Source of the DNA: a virus
Taxonomy: Duplodnaviria > Caudoviricetes
Virus record (IMG/VR): IMGVR_UViG_3300022827_000011
Coordinates: 1-54,162 of that record
Strand: one strand, 5' to 3'
DNA length: 54,162 nucleotides
The notes under the pieces were generated by a model. It was not told where the DNA came from and did not search any database. It saw nothing but the letters and a program-made list of their open reading frames with translations. The position numbers and the translations under genes were made by a program. Positions 17,426 to 26,859 of this stretch are shown here, one piece after another (the first letter of the stretch is position 1; every line of letters starts with the position of its first letter).

Positions 17426-18109
17426 TTAAATTTCTGGAAATAAACATTTTTGAATAAAAATATCCACATCAACGGAACTAAGTCCAAGACTTACCATTGT
17501 TCGTGGGGTATGAGGATTTTGTTTTTGAAAATATGCATATCGATTTTGTGCAGCGCGATTTATATTTTCATTGCCTGTATGATTATAGATGCCTACTAAT
17601 GAAAGATAGTCGTCTACATTAGCTAGACTTAAATCCACAATTTGAGCTAGTTCGTCTTCTTTGCTTACATTGCCTGCTGCTATCATGTGTGACGAAAAAA
17701 TAGCCTTAGCCCATTCGGGCAGGTCTCGAGACTTGCGCCACTCTAGCCGAGCTGATTCAGATCCAAACGCCTGAATCATTTCATGAGACGGATCGCTACT
17801 AGCAGAGTAATCGTGAAAAAACCCTGTAATTTTGTTTTTACCAGCAATAACATCTAGCCCAAATATAGGAGCAGAATTATGTAAATGCGGGAATATGCAA
17901 CAATGCATCATCCACAGCCCTCGAGTTTCGCGCGCATCAACTACATCAACATGTGCTCGACGAAACGTATTACTAGTCCACACTCGATTGACCCATCCTG
18001 GACGATTAAATTGTTCCATACCGGGTTCAAATACTTCAGAGCCAACAGTGTTAAACTGTTTAATTAAATGCTCTTGTATTTGAATTAGCGCCTTCCATAC
18101 TTCACTCAT
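17426..18109 (-). CDS. pcyX: ferredoxin-dependent bilin reductase (PcyA/PcyX family)
   Basis: RRAHVDVVD, HCCIFP..PIFGLDV, FHDYS, R.LPEWA.IFS and Q..Y..QKQNPHT motifs; adjacent to heme oxygenase. Confidence 0.82.
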   Translation of the reverse strand: MSEVWKALIQIQEHLIKQFNTVGSEVFEPGMEQFNRPGWVNRVWTSNTFRRAHVDVVDARETRGLWMMHCCIFPHLHNSAPIFGLDVIAGKNKITGFFHDYSASSDPSHEMIQAFGSESARLEWRKSRDLPEWAKAIFSSHMIAAGNVSKEDELAQIVDLSLANVDDYLSLVGIYNHTGNENINRAAQNRYAYFQKQNPHTPRTMVSLGLSSVDVDIFIQKCLFPEI

Positions 18110-18785
18110 TTGTTTTATCTCTATAAATGTAATATAGTTTCAAGGCTCGATTATAAAGAACATTGCACCCTTGATCTTTTTCAATTTGGTCTACATATAG
18201 CTGCAATGCTATTGCAATAATTCCGTTATCGGTATCTAATACAGATTCGTTAATTTCTAATTCCTTAAATAATGTCATAGCAAATTCAAAACATATATTT
18301 GCTTCTGGTGCCATTTCGTCGGATAACATATTACGTATTGTAGATTTCAATACTTCCAAATTGTCAAAATCATACATAGTACCGGACCCTGGATTGCGTT
18401 TGCGAATCATTTGTCCGCCGTACATATCGCCAAAATGTCTTACATAAATATGTGCTAACAACCTATTTTTGTCTTGCATCTGCATTACATAGTCTATATA
18501 TTCAGCAACAACACTACATAAGGATATACTGTTAGGTTTGATATCATATTCGGTTTCTATCTCGGAAATATCTGCAAAAATTCGTTGTGCTCTTGCAACA
18601 TGCTCTATTCCAACGAGAACATTGCAAACAGTTGCTTGATTTTCTAACGCTTGATATATTGCATGTTGATTGCTTAAATATCTGTGATATTCTTTTGCAG
18701 ACATACCGTTTAACAACTTACGAGCATGAGTAGTGCGTTCTGCACGTTGATGATTAGCCCATGTTAGCTCTTTTAATGTACTCAC
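18102..18785 (-). CDS. hemO: heme oxygenase
   Basis: LKELT..H..AE (proximal His), AHIYVRHFGDMYGGQMI, EA..F.FA. Confidence 0.92.
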   Translation of the reverse strand: MSTLKELTWANHQRAERTTHARKLLNGMSAKEYHRYLSNQHAIYQALENQATVCNVLVGIEHVARAQRIFADISEIETEYDIKPNSISLCSVVAEYIDYVMQMQDKNRLLAHIYVRHFGDMYGGQMIRKRNPGSGTMYDFDNLEVLKSTIRNMLSDEMAPEANICFEFAMTLFKELEINESVLDTDNGIIAIALQLYVDQIEKDQGCNVLYNRALKLYYIYRDKTNE

Positions 18786-19090
18786 TTGTCTTCTTCGATC
18801 TTTAGTCGAAGAGGAAATCCGTTTTCTTGTGCAGCGCGAGTTGCTTCTCCAACTTTTTGCTCGGCAATCTCGTGACTGTAAACTCCTACTACTCCAGCAC
18901 CGTTATCGTGTATTTCTGTAGTAATAACAGTTGCACTTTGTTCACTATGTTTAAACAAGTCAACTAATAAAGATACTACAAAGTCCATCGGAGTTTGGTC
19001 ATCATTAATCATAATAACTTTATATCGTCTGGGTTCTTTTTTATTTAATTTAGTTTTTTCGTCAACAGCTATTTTAGTTTTCGTGCTCAT
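18782..19090 (-). CDS. clpS: ATP-dependent Clp protease adaptor ClpS
   Basis: YKVIMINDD.TPMDFVV, IH..G.GVVGVY..EIAE.K, FPL. Confidence 0.95.
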   Translation of the reverse strand: MSTKTKIAVDEKTKLNKKEPRRYKVIMINDDQTPMDFVVSLLVDLFKHSEQSATVITTEIHDNGAGVVGVYSHEIAEQKVGEATRAAQENGFPLRLKIEEDK

Positions 19091-19210
19091 TATATTTCCT
19101 ATGAGTTATGTAAGTAGTGGGTAATCACTACTTACATTTATCAATGATAGATTGTTTTAATTTAATTTTTGAATGTACTTACATTACATTATAAAATGTA
19201 AGTAATAGTC

Positions 19211-19229
19211 AGTGATAAAGTTTATCACT
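19211..19229. promoter_or_regulatory. perfect palindromic operator candidate
   Basis: AGTGATAAA-G-TTTATCACT upstream of clpS-hemO-pcyX. Confidence 0.4.
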
Positions 19230-19238
19230 AATTGAGTA

Positions 19239-19469
19239 TTAAATACTCTGATCTTTAATCAGTTGCTTTTTAAACCGTCGATTTGCAGCAAGTTTAGCCT
19301 TACGTGCTTTGGTTCCTTTACTTTCAAAAAATTCTCTAGTACGCATTTCTTGAAATAGTCCGTCGTCTGCTAACCGCTTTTTTAACTTGCGTAAAGCCTT
19401 GGGTAGATCGTTATTATAAACTTCAACTTTACTGCCTCTAACAGATTGTTCTTTAGCGTGTTTACTCAT
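19239..19469 (-). CDS. rpsU: 30S ribosomal protein bS21
   Basis: V.V..NDL.KALRKLKK...G.F.EMR.REFFE...ARK.K.AA.RR. Confidence 0.92.
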   Translation of the reverse strand: MSKHAKEQSVRGSKVEVYNNDLPKALRKLKKRLADDGLFQEMRTREFFESKGTKARKAKLAANRRFKKQLIKDQSI

Positions 19470-19860
19470 TAGTTCCTCTAATTATGTTTTCAAGCATTAC
19501 AAAATCATATATCCGATTGTTGCTTATTAAATTATACAATAAAGTCCCGTCATTTGTCAAGTAAAAAGTATTAGGCTGTGCAATAAAATAAGAAATAAAA
19601 GGTCTAACTTTAGTATCACAGTTGTCGACATCAACAATCACCATATCAACTTTTTTAATTAAGTTAATAAGCCACCCTACATTATCAAATTCACTATCGT
19701 ATAGATATAAATTTAAATAAAGAGTTGACTCACCGAGAACTTGATTGAGCTGGTGCTTTCTGTCAACTGATGGACATATTAGCAATATGCTATATACATC
19801 GTTATTTAGAGTATCAGGCGGGGTGATTAATGATATATTATTCAATTTACTCGGTTTCAA
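19462..19860 (-). CDS. hypothetical protein
   Basis: 132-aa ORF. Confidence 0.75.
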   Translation of the reverse strand: MKPSKLNNISLITPPDTLNNDVYSILLICPSVDRKHQLNQVLGESTLYLNLYLYDSEFDNVGWLINLIKKVDMVIVDVDNCDTKVRPFISYFIAQPNTFYLTNDGTLLYNLISNNRIYDFVMLENIIRGTNE

Positions 19861-21490
19861 TAGACGGAGATGCTATAACATCCCAGGGAAGACTAGTAAT
19901 CTTCCCTTTTATATACTGGTCTTTCCAGAATTTTATATTTTGAGTTGGATTTTCTAATTTCCAAGTATTTTTAGATGTTTTATAAGTATCGTCTTGCTCG
20001 TTGATAACTAACTGAGTGTACCGGGCAAGTTGAAATTCGTCCATTCTTTCGGAAGAGTCTCCTCCATAATCACTGGTTCTATCTGTGTCACGCATCTCAG
20101 TGGGGCTAGTTTGGTTGATTGTTGTATAGGGTTCGCTAACAGGGGTGCAAATAGAAGGTGAGGTATTAGAGACATATTGGTTGTGACTTTCTGTACAAGG
20201 CTGATAACGATTTAGTATTTCCTGAGTTTGGAAATTGAACTGATTATTTTGTAAAGTTATGCGATCTTGTTCGGTAGCCGCTAACTCTTTTTCTGTAGCT
20301 AATTTTTCAGCATAATAAGTTTTAAAAGTAGTTTGACTGGCTATTAGCAATAACACGGCTAATGGATCAAATACAAATATTATAAGTAATATTACCCATT
20401 GAACTGATTTTTCTAAAAGATCGGCATCAGCAGTACCTCCGTACACAAATTCAGCAAGATATTTAATAGGACCGACTTCGGCTTCTAACTTTCTGTACTC
20501 AATTTGTAACACACTTTTCTGTTCAATTAGGTTTTCAATTACATTATTTGCATTATTAATTTTTATTTGTTGCAGATCAACCATATTGTCAATTTTATTA
20601 GTATCCTCGATTCCTAACTGCAAGCGAACTCTTGAAATTAGTCGATTGCTATCTTCAATTTGAGTTTCAGATAAGCTCCTTAGTCTAGAGATTTCATCTC
20701 TAGCTGCTACGATCTCCGGACGAGGCGCAGACCTAATAGCATCAACTTGTAATAATACTGCGTTACGAGCTGTTTCTTGTGTTTCTCGATAAGATTGTAT
20801 TCGGCTACTAGTATTTGATCCTAATTTGCCATCCTGAACTGCTCCTGCAATTCCTTGCGCGATCTGGATGTCGTTGTTAGATAGTGCTGTTGCCAACGCA
20901 GAAATGTTAGCATTTATACTTGCTACTTGATCTAACAACGGAGTTATTCTATTTTCTAAAGTTAAATTGGAGTTTGAAATTAATGCCAACTGTTCGTCAA
21001 TGGCAGGTTTCATACGCAAATACGTACTATCTATCCTTGACTGCTCTATTTCAATCTTAGACTGGATTTCTGCATCGGCGTTTGTTCCGGATGATCGAAT
21101 GGTAGATATCGTCTGTTCAGCAAGTTGAATAACATTGGATTGACGTTGTAAATCATCTTCAATGCGAGCAATTTGTGCTATGCTATCTTGTGCTTTGGAA
21201 GTTTGTTCAATATGTGCCGAACTTAAGAATCCAAAAATTCCAAGACTGGTGATTAGCATTAGTACAATAATTGCTGCACTAAGATATCCTTTTAACCACC
21301 AAACGGTTTTATTCCAATAACGATGCAACCATACTGCGGTAACTAATTTTGCAATTTCAAGAGTGCTTCCCATAATTATAATAGGAATTGCTGCGCCAGC
21401 AAAGATGGCAACTAATCCTGCTACGCTGTAGAAGATTGCAACAGCACTAATAGCCAGTGCTGTAATTAAAACTAATATACCTAGTATCAT
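19847..21490 (-). CDS. membrane-anchored coiled-coil protein with possible peptidoglycan-binding motif
   Basis: N-terminal TMs, long coiled coil, DGKLGSNT, and a C-terminal TM IIFVFDPLAVLLLIA. Confidence 0.8.
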   Translation of the reverse strand: MILGILVLITALAISAVAIFYSVAGLVAIFAGAAIPIIIMGSTLEIAKLVTAVWLHRYWNKTVWWLKGYLSAAIIVLMLITSLGIFGFLSSAHIEQTSKAQDSIAQIARIEDDLQRQSNVIQLAEQTISTIRSSGTNADAEIQSKIEIEQSRIDSTYLRMKPAIDEQLALISNSNLTLENRITPLLDQVASINANISALATALSNNDIQIAQGIAGAVQDGKLGSNTSSRIQSYRETQETARNAVLLQVDAIRSAPRPEIVAARDEISRLRSLSETQIEDSNRLISRVRLQLGIEDTNKIDNMVDLQQIKINNANNVIENLIEQKSVLQIEYRKLEAEVGPIKYLAEFVYGGTADADLLEKSVQWVILLIIFVFDPLAVLLLIASQTTFKTYYAEKLATEKELAATEQDRITLQNNQFNFQTQEILNRYQPCTESHNQYVSNTSPSICTPVSEPYTTINQTSPTEMRDTDRTSDYGGDSSERMDEFQLARYTQLVINEQDDTYKTSKNTWKLENPTQNIKFWKDQYIKGKITSLPWDVIASPSIETE

Positions 21491-21514
21491 ACCAAGTTAT
21501 TTATCGTCTTTAAA

Positions 21515-21883
21515 TTAGTTACGGCGCATCTGTGCAATATCTATCGCATCCTGTTTTTTATCTGCAAAAACCGGAACCATATTTGATTTGTGCATTGTTG
21601 CTATTCCTAGCAACTTACGTTCGCCGCTGTAAATATTCGGGGCCTTTGCAGCGCCATGCCCGGCAACCTTGTTACTTAAACTTACACTAGGCTTAGTAGA
21701 TCGATAAGGAGTAGTATCGCTAACTACTATAGTCAAATTCTTTTTGTCATTTTTAGTTTTGCCTACTCCTATGGCCTTAAGCCATGCTTCGTGGTTTTGT
21801 TTGGCTTGTATTAATCTCTTGCTGTTAGACTTCTTAACTTTAGATTTAAATTGTACTGTAATCTTTTCAAGATGCATACTCAT
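21515..21883 (-). CDS. conserved T4-like hypothetical protein
   Basis: GIATMHKSNxVPV motif. Confidence 0.8.
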   Translation of the reverse strand: MSMHLEKITVQFKSKVKKSNSKRLIQAKQNHEAWLKAIGVGKTKNDKKNLTIVVSDTTPYRSTKPSVSLSNKVAGHGAAKAPNIYSGERKLLGIATMHKSNMVPVFADKKQDAIDIAQMRRN

Positions 21884-21935
21884 AGTAAAGTTCCTGCTAT
21901 ATTAAAATGTTAGCAGGAACCCTGCTAGTAGTCGA

Positions 21936-22181
21936 CTATGCTGCACGTTTCCAAACTTGCTTGGCAGGAACACGAACAAAGCGCTTGTTAGTTTCGCTAG
22001 CGTTAGGATTAGGCATTGTAATCATAACGTTCTTACCGGCATCAAATGCACGACGCTGATTAATTACTCTCTCGCCGCTTGCAAGGTAGTCGGCTCGAAT
22101 AGCAAGTGTAATATTCCTTGCCACACTGCTGTGGATTCCGGACGATACATTGCCTTTGCTTTTGCCGCCTTTTTTAGCCAT
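21936..22181 (-). CDS. conserved basic phage protein
   Basis: TxPNPNxxETNKRFxRV motif; own TTGACA-17-TATAGT promoter (22218-22246). Confidence 0.75.
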   Translation of the reverse strand: MAKKGGKSKGNVSSGIHSSVARNITLAIRADYLASGERVINQRRAFDAGKNVMITMPNPNASETNKRFVRVPAKQVWKRAA

Positions 22182-22248
22182 TTTGTAGATTCCTTATGTT
22201 ATGTTGTTAATATAGTTACTATATACGAGACTGACGAAAGTGTCAATA

Positions 22249-22275
22249 CAAAAGGCCGCAAGTTGCGGCCTTTTG
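22249..22275 (-). terminator. intrinsic terminator
   Basis: CAAAAGGCCGCAA...TGCGGCCTTTTG hairpin. Confidence 0.75.
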
Positions 22276-22292
22276 TTACCAGTTATAATTAC

Positions 22293-22907
22293 TTAGAATC
22301 GAAAAGCTACACCAATATGTGCCTGTGTGGTGTCAATGCTATCATCAAAACTGCGCACAATTGCCGGAGTAACTGTCAGTTTATCGGCTAATGCCATGTC
22401 TAGACCTAACTTAACACTGCCGCCATTGCGAGCAAAGTCGTTGGACATGTTCCAACTATACGTTACTTCTCCAAATCCTGTGAAAACTTCACTAACTTGA
22501 TATTCTACACCGATAATTGGTGTAGTAAAAAAGTCGCCATTTTTAATGGTGCCCTCGGCAACAACATATTCTGCATTCAAAACACCGTATAGCGACATTG
22601 CATCAGCATTATAAGTAACAGTATAATCTAAACCAAGCCCTACTGTTTCTGCAGAACGAAGATGTTCTGCATACACGCCAACTGTACTAGTAACACTATC
22701 AGTAAGGACGTAAGTTAGCAATTCGGCGCCGACTGTTGCCGAAGTGTACCCGATGTTTTCAGTACCGACGACTTCGAGGTTATAGCGACCAAACTCGACA
22801 GTAACACTTGCAACAGTGTTATCAAAATTTTCAGTAGAAGACTGAGCAAATGCAGATCCGGTAGTCAGTGCAAGTGATGTAATCATTGCAATCATTGTAG
22901 TTTTCAT
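22293..22907 (-). CDS. outer-membrane beta-barrel protein
   Basis: Sec signal peptide ending AFA, alternating amphipathic strands, C-terminal IGVAFRF beta-signal. Confidence 0.8.
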   Translation of the reverse strand: MKTTMIAMITSLALTTGSAFAQSSTENFDNTVASVTVEFGRYNLEVVGTENIGYTSATVGAELLTYVLTDSVTSTVGVYAEHLRSAETVGLGLDYTVTYNADAMSLYGVLNAEYVVAEGTIKNGDFFTTPIIGVEYQVSEVFTGFGEVTYSWNMSNDFARNGGSVKLGLDMALADKLTVTPAIVRSFDDSIDTTQAHIGVAFRF

Positions 22908-22947
22908 GTTAATTCCTTTTGTTGTTTAACAGTTATAATTATAGCTT

Positions 22948-23157
22948 CTATTTACGTGTAGTCAATCGTTTTAACCGGAGACCCTCCGGTTCTAATAATA
23001 TTGCTGTTTTGTTGTTGCGATTTTGCAACGGAATGATAGCAGTTTCGGCTTGCCTACGGTCCCACCCAAACTTCTTCATAGCATCCTTATACATGTGTTC
23101 TTCATCCATAGTGCGAATGAGTGTATACAAATACTGGTCAATTTCAATCCAGTTCAT
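22948..23157 (-). CDS. hypothetical protein
   Basis: Start MNWIEID overlaps the upstream stop (ATGA). Confidence 0.6.
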   Translation of the reverse strand: MNWIEIDQYLYTLIRTMDEEHMYKDAMKKFGWDRRQAETAIIPLQNRNNKTAILLEPEGLRLKRLTTRK

Positions 23158-23333
23158 TTCTTTTTGCAATCTTTTTCAGCTTTAGTAAGCTTTTGATTCC
23201 ATGTATAGTTGCTAATACCCAATTCGCTTGCCATAGGACGAGTTTTTCCTACAGTAACAGCACCTCCTCGGCTTAAGAATTCCTGTATCAAGTCAGCATC
23301 TAGATTTTTCTTAGGTAACGGAGTCATTGCCAT
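23154..23333 (-). CDS. small protein with SutA-like motif (59 aa)
   Basis: Hand-translated MAMTPLPKKNLDADLIQEFLSRGGAVTV...; AAGGA SD. Confidence 0.6.
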   Translation of the reverse strand: MAMTPLPKKNLDADLIQEFLSRGGAVTVGKTRPMASELGISNYTWNQKLTKAEKDCKKK

Positions 23334-23590
23334 GTTGTGTTCCTTTGTTACTATTATCAGTGCTACACTAATACATTAGCACAAAGTCATGTTAGTGTCA
23401 ATACAACTGTATTATACTTTTCTGATTGAAAATTCGTTAGTATGATTAACATCACCGTTTTGGAGTAGAGCGTTTTGTATACTACTATTTAAACATCGCG
23501 AATGTGTGATTAACACAACACTAAGTAATCAGCCAATACAACTATGTTATATCTTTTTTCCGTTGGTGACATACAATACAGTTAGCCTAA

Positions 23591-23915
23591 GCAAGGGTAC
23601 AGCATGAAACACACTGTACCCTTGCAACTTTTCTGTTTCTAGGTAAGTTGCCAACCCAAGTAGCTTATGCCGCTAGGGCAAAGCTCTCAATAGATGCGTT
23701 AGTATTTGCATTTATCAAATTTATTGCGTTAACCGAGCTTTCGCCGGATATTAATCAAATATGTGTTTTAATCCACGTCGATCCTATTTATCGCCCATAG
23801 CGTTTATCATTTAGTTGTTTACAAGCACTACCTTGAAGATGTCAATCACCCGTCTAAACTAATGGTGGACGATCTGGGTACCGCCCCCAGGTCCGTTAAA
23901 TCTATTACATATTAT
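23591..23915 (-). ncRNA. ssrA: two-piece (circularly permuted) tmRNA
   Basis: Acceptor piece ending ATCGTCCACCA at 23863, intervening segment, coding piece starting GGGCGAT at 23796 (G3:U70 pair). Tag 23665-23709 = ANTNASIESFALAA*; closing hairpin 23591-23625. Confidence 0.92.
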
Positions 23916-23952
23916 CTAGGACAACAGCCAATATATCTCTGCTGAACATACT

Positions 23953-23983
23953 TATTTATAACATTACTCGGCGGAAGTGTCAA
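23953..23983 (-). promoter_or_regulatory. tmRNA promoter (sigma70 plus TATAAATA)
   Basis: TTGACA-17-TATAAA(TA). Confidence 0.7.
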
Positions 23984-24123
23984 GATAAATTTTATAAGCA
24001 TTATTACAATGCTCACAGTCTTTACCGTCTACTTTTCCATGCCCGCCGTTGCATGTGTTGTTACCACAAGATCCGCATATGACTACATCTCGATCGCAAT
24101 GGGTGCAATACATCCATTTATGC

Positions 24124-24402
24124 TCAATCGGTGTCATTTTCTAATCCTGCTTTTCCGGTGCCGCGCACTTTGTCTAAATTTTGCATAATGCAATGATCGC
24201 ATATAGCAACATCAAGAGATTTTCCATTGCCCATTGGGTCAAAAATAGTAGAGCCGTAATGTCCATAGGTGCGAAAGTGTAATCCCTTCATTGGATATAC
24301 TTCTACGGGTCCGTGCTTGCCCACGTAGTTTATATTATCGAGATCTTTATTACATACAATGCAGGGTATAATGGTATATGTCTTCGAGGTTAATATGTTC
24401 AT
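24124..24402 (-). CDS. Zn-finger-like hypothetical protein
   Basis: CxxC ... GHYGSTIFD ... CDxC. Confidence 0.7.
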   Translation of the reverse strand: MNILTSKTYTIIPCIVCNKDLDNINYVGKHGPVEVYPMKGLHFRTYGHYGSTIFDPMGNGKSLDVAICDHCIMQNLDKVRGTGKAGLENDTD

Positions 24403-24610
24403 ATTTCTTATAATACTCCAAAAGGTCAGTTTCTTCGATACGTAGAAATATTAGATCAGGGTATCTAATATATGCCATAGTAAGTTGCACACCAGTAAGC
24501 CATACTATAGTGCCGTTGACAATTGAGAATCCTAATACGTTATAACAATATTTACGGTGCTTGACCTTGGGTGTTTGAGGAATAACTGAATTCCAAGATT
24601 TAGTTTTCAT
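24350..24610 (-). CDS. hypothetical protein
   Basis: Overlap-coupled ORF. Confidence 0.55.
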   Translation of the reverse strand: MKTKSWNSVIPQTPKVKHRKYCYNVLGFSIVNGTIVWLTGVQLTMAYIRYPDLIFLRIEETDLLEYYKKYEHINLEDIYHYTLHCM

Positions 24611-24836
24611 AACAACTTTCCCTAGAAACCCATGTGCCGTCTAAATCAAGCGACTCGGTAACATTAAACACATCGAACCCTTGTAACCGTAACAACGTTA
24701 TGTACTTAGGTTCCATTAAGATTGGATCAGGAGGCAGATGTATTTCTCCACAAGGATTTTTTACTTGCGTACTTGTGCGTTGGCGATCGATTATAACTAA
24801 ATGCGCAAATACCAGATTTTTATCAGGATGATTCAT
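24600..24836 (-). CDS. hypothetical protein
   Basis: Contains KYITLLRLQG motif. Confidence 0.6.
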   Translation of the reverse strand: MNHPDKNLVFAHLVIIDRQRTSTQVKNPCGEIHLPPDPILMEPKYITLLRLQGFDVFNVTESLDLDGTWVSRESCYEN

Positions 24837-25272
24837 AATTGTTTTCTTTTAATTTACTATTATCGGTAATATCTATATACCCTTCTAATAATTTAACAGA
24901 TATCTTGCCTGTTGAACAGAAATATTCTCTATAACCTGATGTAGTTATCTTACGTTCAATGGTTCCATTAACAATGTTTCCAATAGTTGATCTGCTAATT
25001 TTTACTACAGACTTACGAGATAGTAAGTTTCTTCCTGATATCTTTCTAAGCATTAATTCGGACAATATTTCGTCTGCATTATCTAGAACTATCTGTCGTG
25101 CTTGTACGGCTGAATTTGCAATTACAGTATACCCTTGAAATCTATAGTTATGATATCTGCCACTATAATAGTTGTTTCCTATGTAAACATGCCAACTAGT
25201 CATGTTAGCAAGCAGAAGCAATACAGATTTGTGATCTAGATTTTTAATAGCTTCTGTATTATGCAAGCGCAT
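24823..25272 (-). CDS. hypothetical protein
   Basis: 149-aa ORF. Confidence 0.7.
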   Translation of the reverse strand: MRLHNTEAIKNLDHKSVLLLLANMTSWHVYIGNNYYSGRYHNYRFQGYTVIANSAVQARQIVLDNADEILSELMLRKISGRNLLSRKSVVKISRSTIGNIVNGTIERKITTSGYREYFCSTGKISVKLLEGYIDITDNSKLKENNYESS

Positions 25273-25648
25273 ATCCTGTGTTTTGCAATTCTTCTAACAA
25301 TTTTCGAACAGTTTCTTCAGGCCAAACACCAGATATAACGCTTACTCCGCGATCGGCTTCGTCGATTACATCCTTGGATTCTTTAAGTCCGTAACCAGTT
25401 GCTATTCGAATGGCCTTAATAGCAGAAATTTTCTGTTTCACATTACCCGTTAATGCACGAATTGCTATAGTATTACTATGTTGACCTGCTATTAACTTTA
25501 TTAATACCTGCCGTTTCAGGCTAGGGTCAAATGCATCTAGCATTGCTTCAACTTTTTCTTGACCTTGGTCGACACCAATTTCTGTAATAGCAACACGCAT
25601 TAAATCAATAACGTGCCAGATTAACTTGTTAGAGTATACAGTTTTCAT
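25259..25648 (-). CDS. protein with ribosomal L7/L12 C-terminal-like domain
   Basis: KISAIKAIRIATGYGLKESKDVID matches the bL12 CTD motif KI.VIK.VR..TGLGLKEAKD.V. Confidence 0.75.
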   Translation of the reverse strand: MKTVYSNKLIWHVIDLMRVAITEIGVDQGQEKVEAMLDAFDPSLKRQVLIKLIAGQHSNTIAIRALTGNVKQKISAIKAIRIATGYGLKESKDVIDEADRGVSVISGVWPEETVRKLLEELQNTGYALA

Positions 25649-25818
25649 GTCTTTTCGTCCCAAACAATGCAACGTTCTTTAAACCATGCACGACGGACTG
25701 CTTTTTCTTGTTGGGTTTTTGCAAAATATATCCAACTTTTATATCCATTTACAAACATAATTGCATCGGCAATCATAGTTCCTACAAATAGTACAACGAA
25801 TGTTAATCCAAACATTAT

Positions 25819-26145
25819 TTAGATTCCTTTATAGATGTGTGAAGTGTGTTGTCCACGACTTGAAAGATGCTGTTCAAGCTGGGTAATACATTCTTTTGCC
25901 AATGTTGTTGCACATTCATTGCTTTTGCAACGAATAACCTTCAACGGGTTACCATTGGGGCCAATTATCTTTACCGTAGCCGGGTATGCACCAATACTAG
26001 TTCCATTGTTGCGCCATGCTAGGAATTTCCATTTTCTTTGATGTAGTTTTAGATAGTACGGGTGCCACTGCCCGTACCTTTTAAATCTAGTCGCAATTAT
26101 CTTACTAATAAAAAACGGATTAATTCCCTGAATTAACTCTTTCAA
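25819..26145 (-). CDS. hypothetical protein
   Basis: 108-aa ORF. Confidence 0.6.
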   Translation of the reverse strand: MKELIQGINPFFISKIIATRFKRYGQWHPYYLKLHQRKWKFLAWRNNGTSIGAYPATVKIIGPNGNPLKVIRCKSNECATTLAKECITQLEQHLSSRGQHTSHIYKGI

Positions 26146-26211
26146 ACTATTTCCTATCTTACCTTATGTTACTAACTATACACATTCAGTAATTAGTTGT
26201 CAAGTAGAATA

Positions 26212-26535
26212 TTAGATAAAGCTATCAACCGCTTCGTCGAGGATTGCGTGAAGTGGCATATTAATATGACTATCTGGTAATATTAGTGCATTATCTAATA
26301 GATTCCCGCCGATTGCAGTTATTCCAAAAAAGATATTTAAGTCATCTTCGGACAATACGGCATGAATTTGTTTTGAAGCCCAAACTGCACTAATTAATAT
26401 AATACTTACGCAGAGTTGTTTATGCCTAGACAACTTATAATCGTGTACATATGCAATTGCCTGATTTTTAATCTCGTAATAATACTGTGCTTTAGTAGCC
26501 AAGTCTGTTAAATATTGTATGTTTTCATTGTCCAT
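26212..26535 (-). CDS. hypothetical protein
   Basis: AAGGAG SD. Confidence 0.7.
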   Translation of the reverse strand: MDNENIQYLTDLATKAQYYYEIKNQAIAYVHDYKLSRHKQLCVSIILISAVWASKQIHAVLSEDDLNIFFGITAIGGNLLDNALILPDSHINMPLHAILDEAVDSFI

Positions 26536-26658
26536 TATAGTCTCCTTTGGATATACGATAATAAATTAAGCAATAGTATTCAAACTCTGCATATAGAAAA
26601 AATATGTTTTTAATTAATTTAAAACTTTATGCGGAAATCCTTTAACTCAACGTATTTA

Positions 26659-26859
26659 TCACTGGTTGACTTTTGTTTGTTGTATCTCTTTGCGGCGCGC
26701 AGTTATTAACGGAGTCATGTCATGTAACGCTTGCCGGGCACGAACAGCACTAGCCTTAACACCGTTTGTTTCAAACTTTTCATGCTCTCGGATATATAAC
26801 AACCACGATAGTTTTAGTTGCTCATGTATCGAGTCTTCAGCTGTCGATAATATGTTCAT
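26659..26859 (-). CDS. small histone H1/Hc1-like nucleoid protein
   Basis: EKF..GVKASAVRARQAL...RRKEIQ motif. Confidence 0.65.
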   Translation of the reverse strand: MNILSTAEDSIHEQLKLSWLLYIREHEKFETNGVKASAVRARQALHDMTPLITARRKEIQQTKVNQ

